A stretch of 64,000 nt of DNA, taken from NCBI RefSeq assembly GCF_009914755.1, contig NC_060940.1. The stretch is one strand, 5' to 3'. Shown here in pieces: positions 61,701 through 64,000 of this stretch (positions are counted from its first letter, which is position 1; every line of letters begins with the position of its first letter). Made by a program: the position numbers and the translations under genes. Origin of the DNA: the human T2T-CHM13v2.0 reference genome, Homo sapiens. The notes beneath the pieces were generated by a model. The model was not told where the DNA came from. It did no database searches and saw only the letters and a program-made list of their open reading frames with translations.

Positions 61701-64000
61701 CTGTTTGTAAAGTCTGCAAGTGGATATTCAGACCTCTTTGAGGCCTTCGTTGGAAACGGGATTTCTTCATATTATGCTAGACAGATGAATTCTCAGTAAC
61801 TTCCTTGTGTTGTGTGTATTCAACTCACAGAGTTGAACGATCCTTTACACAGAGCAGATTTGAAACACTGTTTTTCTGGAATTTGCAAGTGGAGATTTCA
61901 GCCGATTTGAGGTCAATGGTAGAAAAGGAAATATCTTCGTATAAAAACTAGACAGAATGATTCTCAGAAACTCCTTTGTGATGTGTGCGTTCAACTCACA
62001 GAGTTTAACCTTTCTTTTCACAGAGCAGTTAGGAAACACTCTGTTTGTGAAGCCTGCCAGTGGATATTCGGACCTCTTTGAGGCCTTCGTTGGAAACGGG
62101 ATTTCTTCATATTATGCTAGACAGAAGATTTCTCAGTAACTTCTTTGTGTTGTGTGTATGCAACTCACAGAGTTCAACCTTCCTTTAGACAGAGCAGATT
62201 TGAAACACTCTTTTTGTGGAATTTGCAAGTGGAGATTTCAAGCGCTTCGATGCCAATGGTAGAAAAGGAAATATCTTCGTATAAAAACAAGACAAACTCG
62301 TTCCCAGACACTGCGTAGTGATGTGTGTGTTTAACTCACAGAGTTTAACCTTTCTTTTCATACAGCATTCTGGAAACCCTGTGTTTGTAAAGTCTGCAAG
62401 TGGATATTTGGACCTCTTAGATGCCTTCGTTGGAAACGGGATTTCTTCATATAATGCTAGAGGGAAGAATTCTTAGTAACTTCTTTGTGTTGTGTGTATT
62501 CAACTGACAGAGTTGAACCTTCCTTTAGACAGAGCAGATTTGAAAGTCTCTTTTTGTGGAATTTGCAAGTGGAGATTTCAAGCGCTTTGAGGCCAAAAGC
62601 AGAAAAGGAAATATTTTCCTATAAAAACTCGACAGAATCTTTCTCAGAAACTGCTCTGGGATGTGTGCGTTCAACTCACAGAGTTTAACTTTTCTTTCCA
62701 TTCAGCAGTTTGGAAACACTCTGTTTGGAAAGTCTGCACGTGGATATTTTGACCTCTTTGAGGCCTTCGTTGGAAACGGGTTTTTTTCATGTAAGGCTAG
62801 ACAGAAGAAATCTCAGTAACTTCCTTGTGTTGTGTGTATTCAACTGACAGAGTTGAACCTTCCTTTAGACAGAGCAGATTCGAAACACTCTTTTTCTGCA
62901 ATTTGCAAGTGGAGACTTCAAGCGCTTTGAGGCCAAAGGCAGAAAAGGAAATATCTTCGTATAAAAACCCGACAGAATCATTCTCAGAAACTGCTCTGTG
63001 ATGTGTGCGTTCAACTCACAGAGTTTAACTTTTCTTTTCATTCAGCAGTTTGGAAACACTCTGTTTGTAAAGTCTGCAAGTGGATATCTTGGCCTCTTAG
63101 AGGCCTTCGTTGGAAACGGGTTTTTTCATGTAAGGTTAGACAGAGGAATTCCCAGTAACTTCCTTGTGTTGTGTGCATTCAACTCACAGAGTTGAATGAT
63201 TCTTTACACAGAGCAGATTTGAGACACTCTTTGGGTGGAATTTGTAAGTGGAGAATTCAGCCGCTTTGAGGTCAACGGTAGAAAAGGAAATATCTTCGTA
63301 TAAAAACTAGACAGAATGATTCTCAGAAACTGTTTTGTGATGTGTGCGTTCAACTCACAGAGTTTAACCTTTCTTTTCAAAGAGCAGTTAGGAAACACTC
63401 TGTAAAGTCTGCAAGTGGATATTCAGACCTCTTTGAGGCCTTCGTTGGAAACGGGATTTCTTCATATAATGCTAGAGGGAAGAATTCTTAGTAACTTCTT
63501 TGTGTTGTGTGTATTGAACTGACAGAGTTGAACCTTCCTTTAGACAGAGCAGATTTGAAAGTCTCTTTTTGTGGAATTTGCAAGTGGAGATTTCAAGCGC
63601 TTTGAGGCCAAAAGCAGAAAAGGAAATATTTTCCTATAAAAACTAGAGAGAATCATTCTCAGAAACTGCTCTGTGATGTGTGTGTTCAACTCACAGAGTT
63701 TAACTTTCTTTTCATTCAGCAGTTTGGAAACACTCTGTTTGGAAAGTCTGCACGTGGATATTTTGACCTCTTTGAGGCCTTCGTTGGAAACGGGTTTTTT
63801 TCATGTAAGGCTAGACAGAAGAAATCTCAGTAACTTCCTTGTGTTGTGTGTATTCAACTGACAGAGTTGAACCTTCCTTTAGACAGAGCAGATTCGAAAC
63901 GCTCTTTTTCTGCAATTTGCAAGTGGAGACTTCAAGCGCTTTGAGGCCAAAGGCAGAAAAGGAAATATCTTCGTATAAAAACCCGACAGAATCATTCTCA
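58797..64000 (+). repeat. Divergent 16-mer (1013 + 1695), one canonical 10-mer, then a further 6-mer running off the window
   Basis: Marker positions 58797, 59810, 61505 and 63204. A 6-mer junction appears again near 63440-63470. Confidence 0.88.

Larger units (their letters stand above)
1..64000 (+). repeat. Centromeric alpha satellite HOR array (SF1-type dimeric, CENP-B box-rich); probably human chr16 D16Z2
   Basis: Continuous ~170-bp monomers with alphoid motifs (TTCAACTCACAGAGTT, AGAAAAGGAAATATCTTC, CTTCGTTGGAAACGGGA), 340-bp dimer periodicity and 1699-bp HOR periodicity. Alpha satellite identity is essentially certain. The chr16 call (about 0.75) rests on established knowledge that the SF1 live array with a 1.7-kb 10-mer is D16Z2. 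Confidence 0.98.

Noticed and set aside
97-63861. Numerous 60-110 aa ORFs on both strands
   Set aside because: They recur at the satellite period, overlap in several frames, and appear or vanish with single SNPs or indels. There is no recognisable domain or gene structure. The 110-aa ORFs at 37745 and 59432 result from a 1-bp deletion.
1-64000. CRISPR-like regularly spaced conserved motif
   Set aside because: The intervening sequence is itself repeated rather than unique spacers, no cas genes are present, and the motif is the CENP-B box.
1-64000. L1/Alu insertion, inversion or unique island
   Set aside because: Marker spacing is fully accounted for by 10-mer and 6-mer units plus 1-4 bp deletions, and boxes stay on the + strand throughout.
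1-64000. A previously undescribed protein- or RNA-coding system
   Set aside because: No supporting evidence; everything seen is explained by alpha satellite structure and evolution.

Overview
The whole 64 kb window is primate (almost certainly human) centromeric alpha satellite. It consists of head-to-tail ~170-bp monomers in one orientation, organised as ~340-bp A/B dimers with a CENP-B box in every second monomer (suprachromosomal family 1 pattern). The basic higher-order repeat (HOR) is a 10-mer of 1699 bp, which best fits the live chromosome 16 array D16Z2; that assignment is from recalled HOR size and family, not a database search. I see no genes, transposons, inversions or unique DNA, and all ORFs are repeat artefacts. 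I found no new gene system. The interest is in array architecture. About 15 plain 10-mers (1-25.6 kb) give way to a 16-mer super-HOR (10-mer plus a 1014-bp 6-mer deletion variant). The 16-mer comes in a 2713-bp form and a very homogeneous 2711-bp form. The 6-mer junction maps onto a CENP-B box, one CENP-B box per 16-mer is inactivated, older relatives flank the youngest expansion, and two tandem-base mutations have the Pol zeta-type GA>TT pattern. All SNP and indel observations were made by eye and should be confirmed by alignment.
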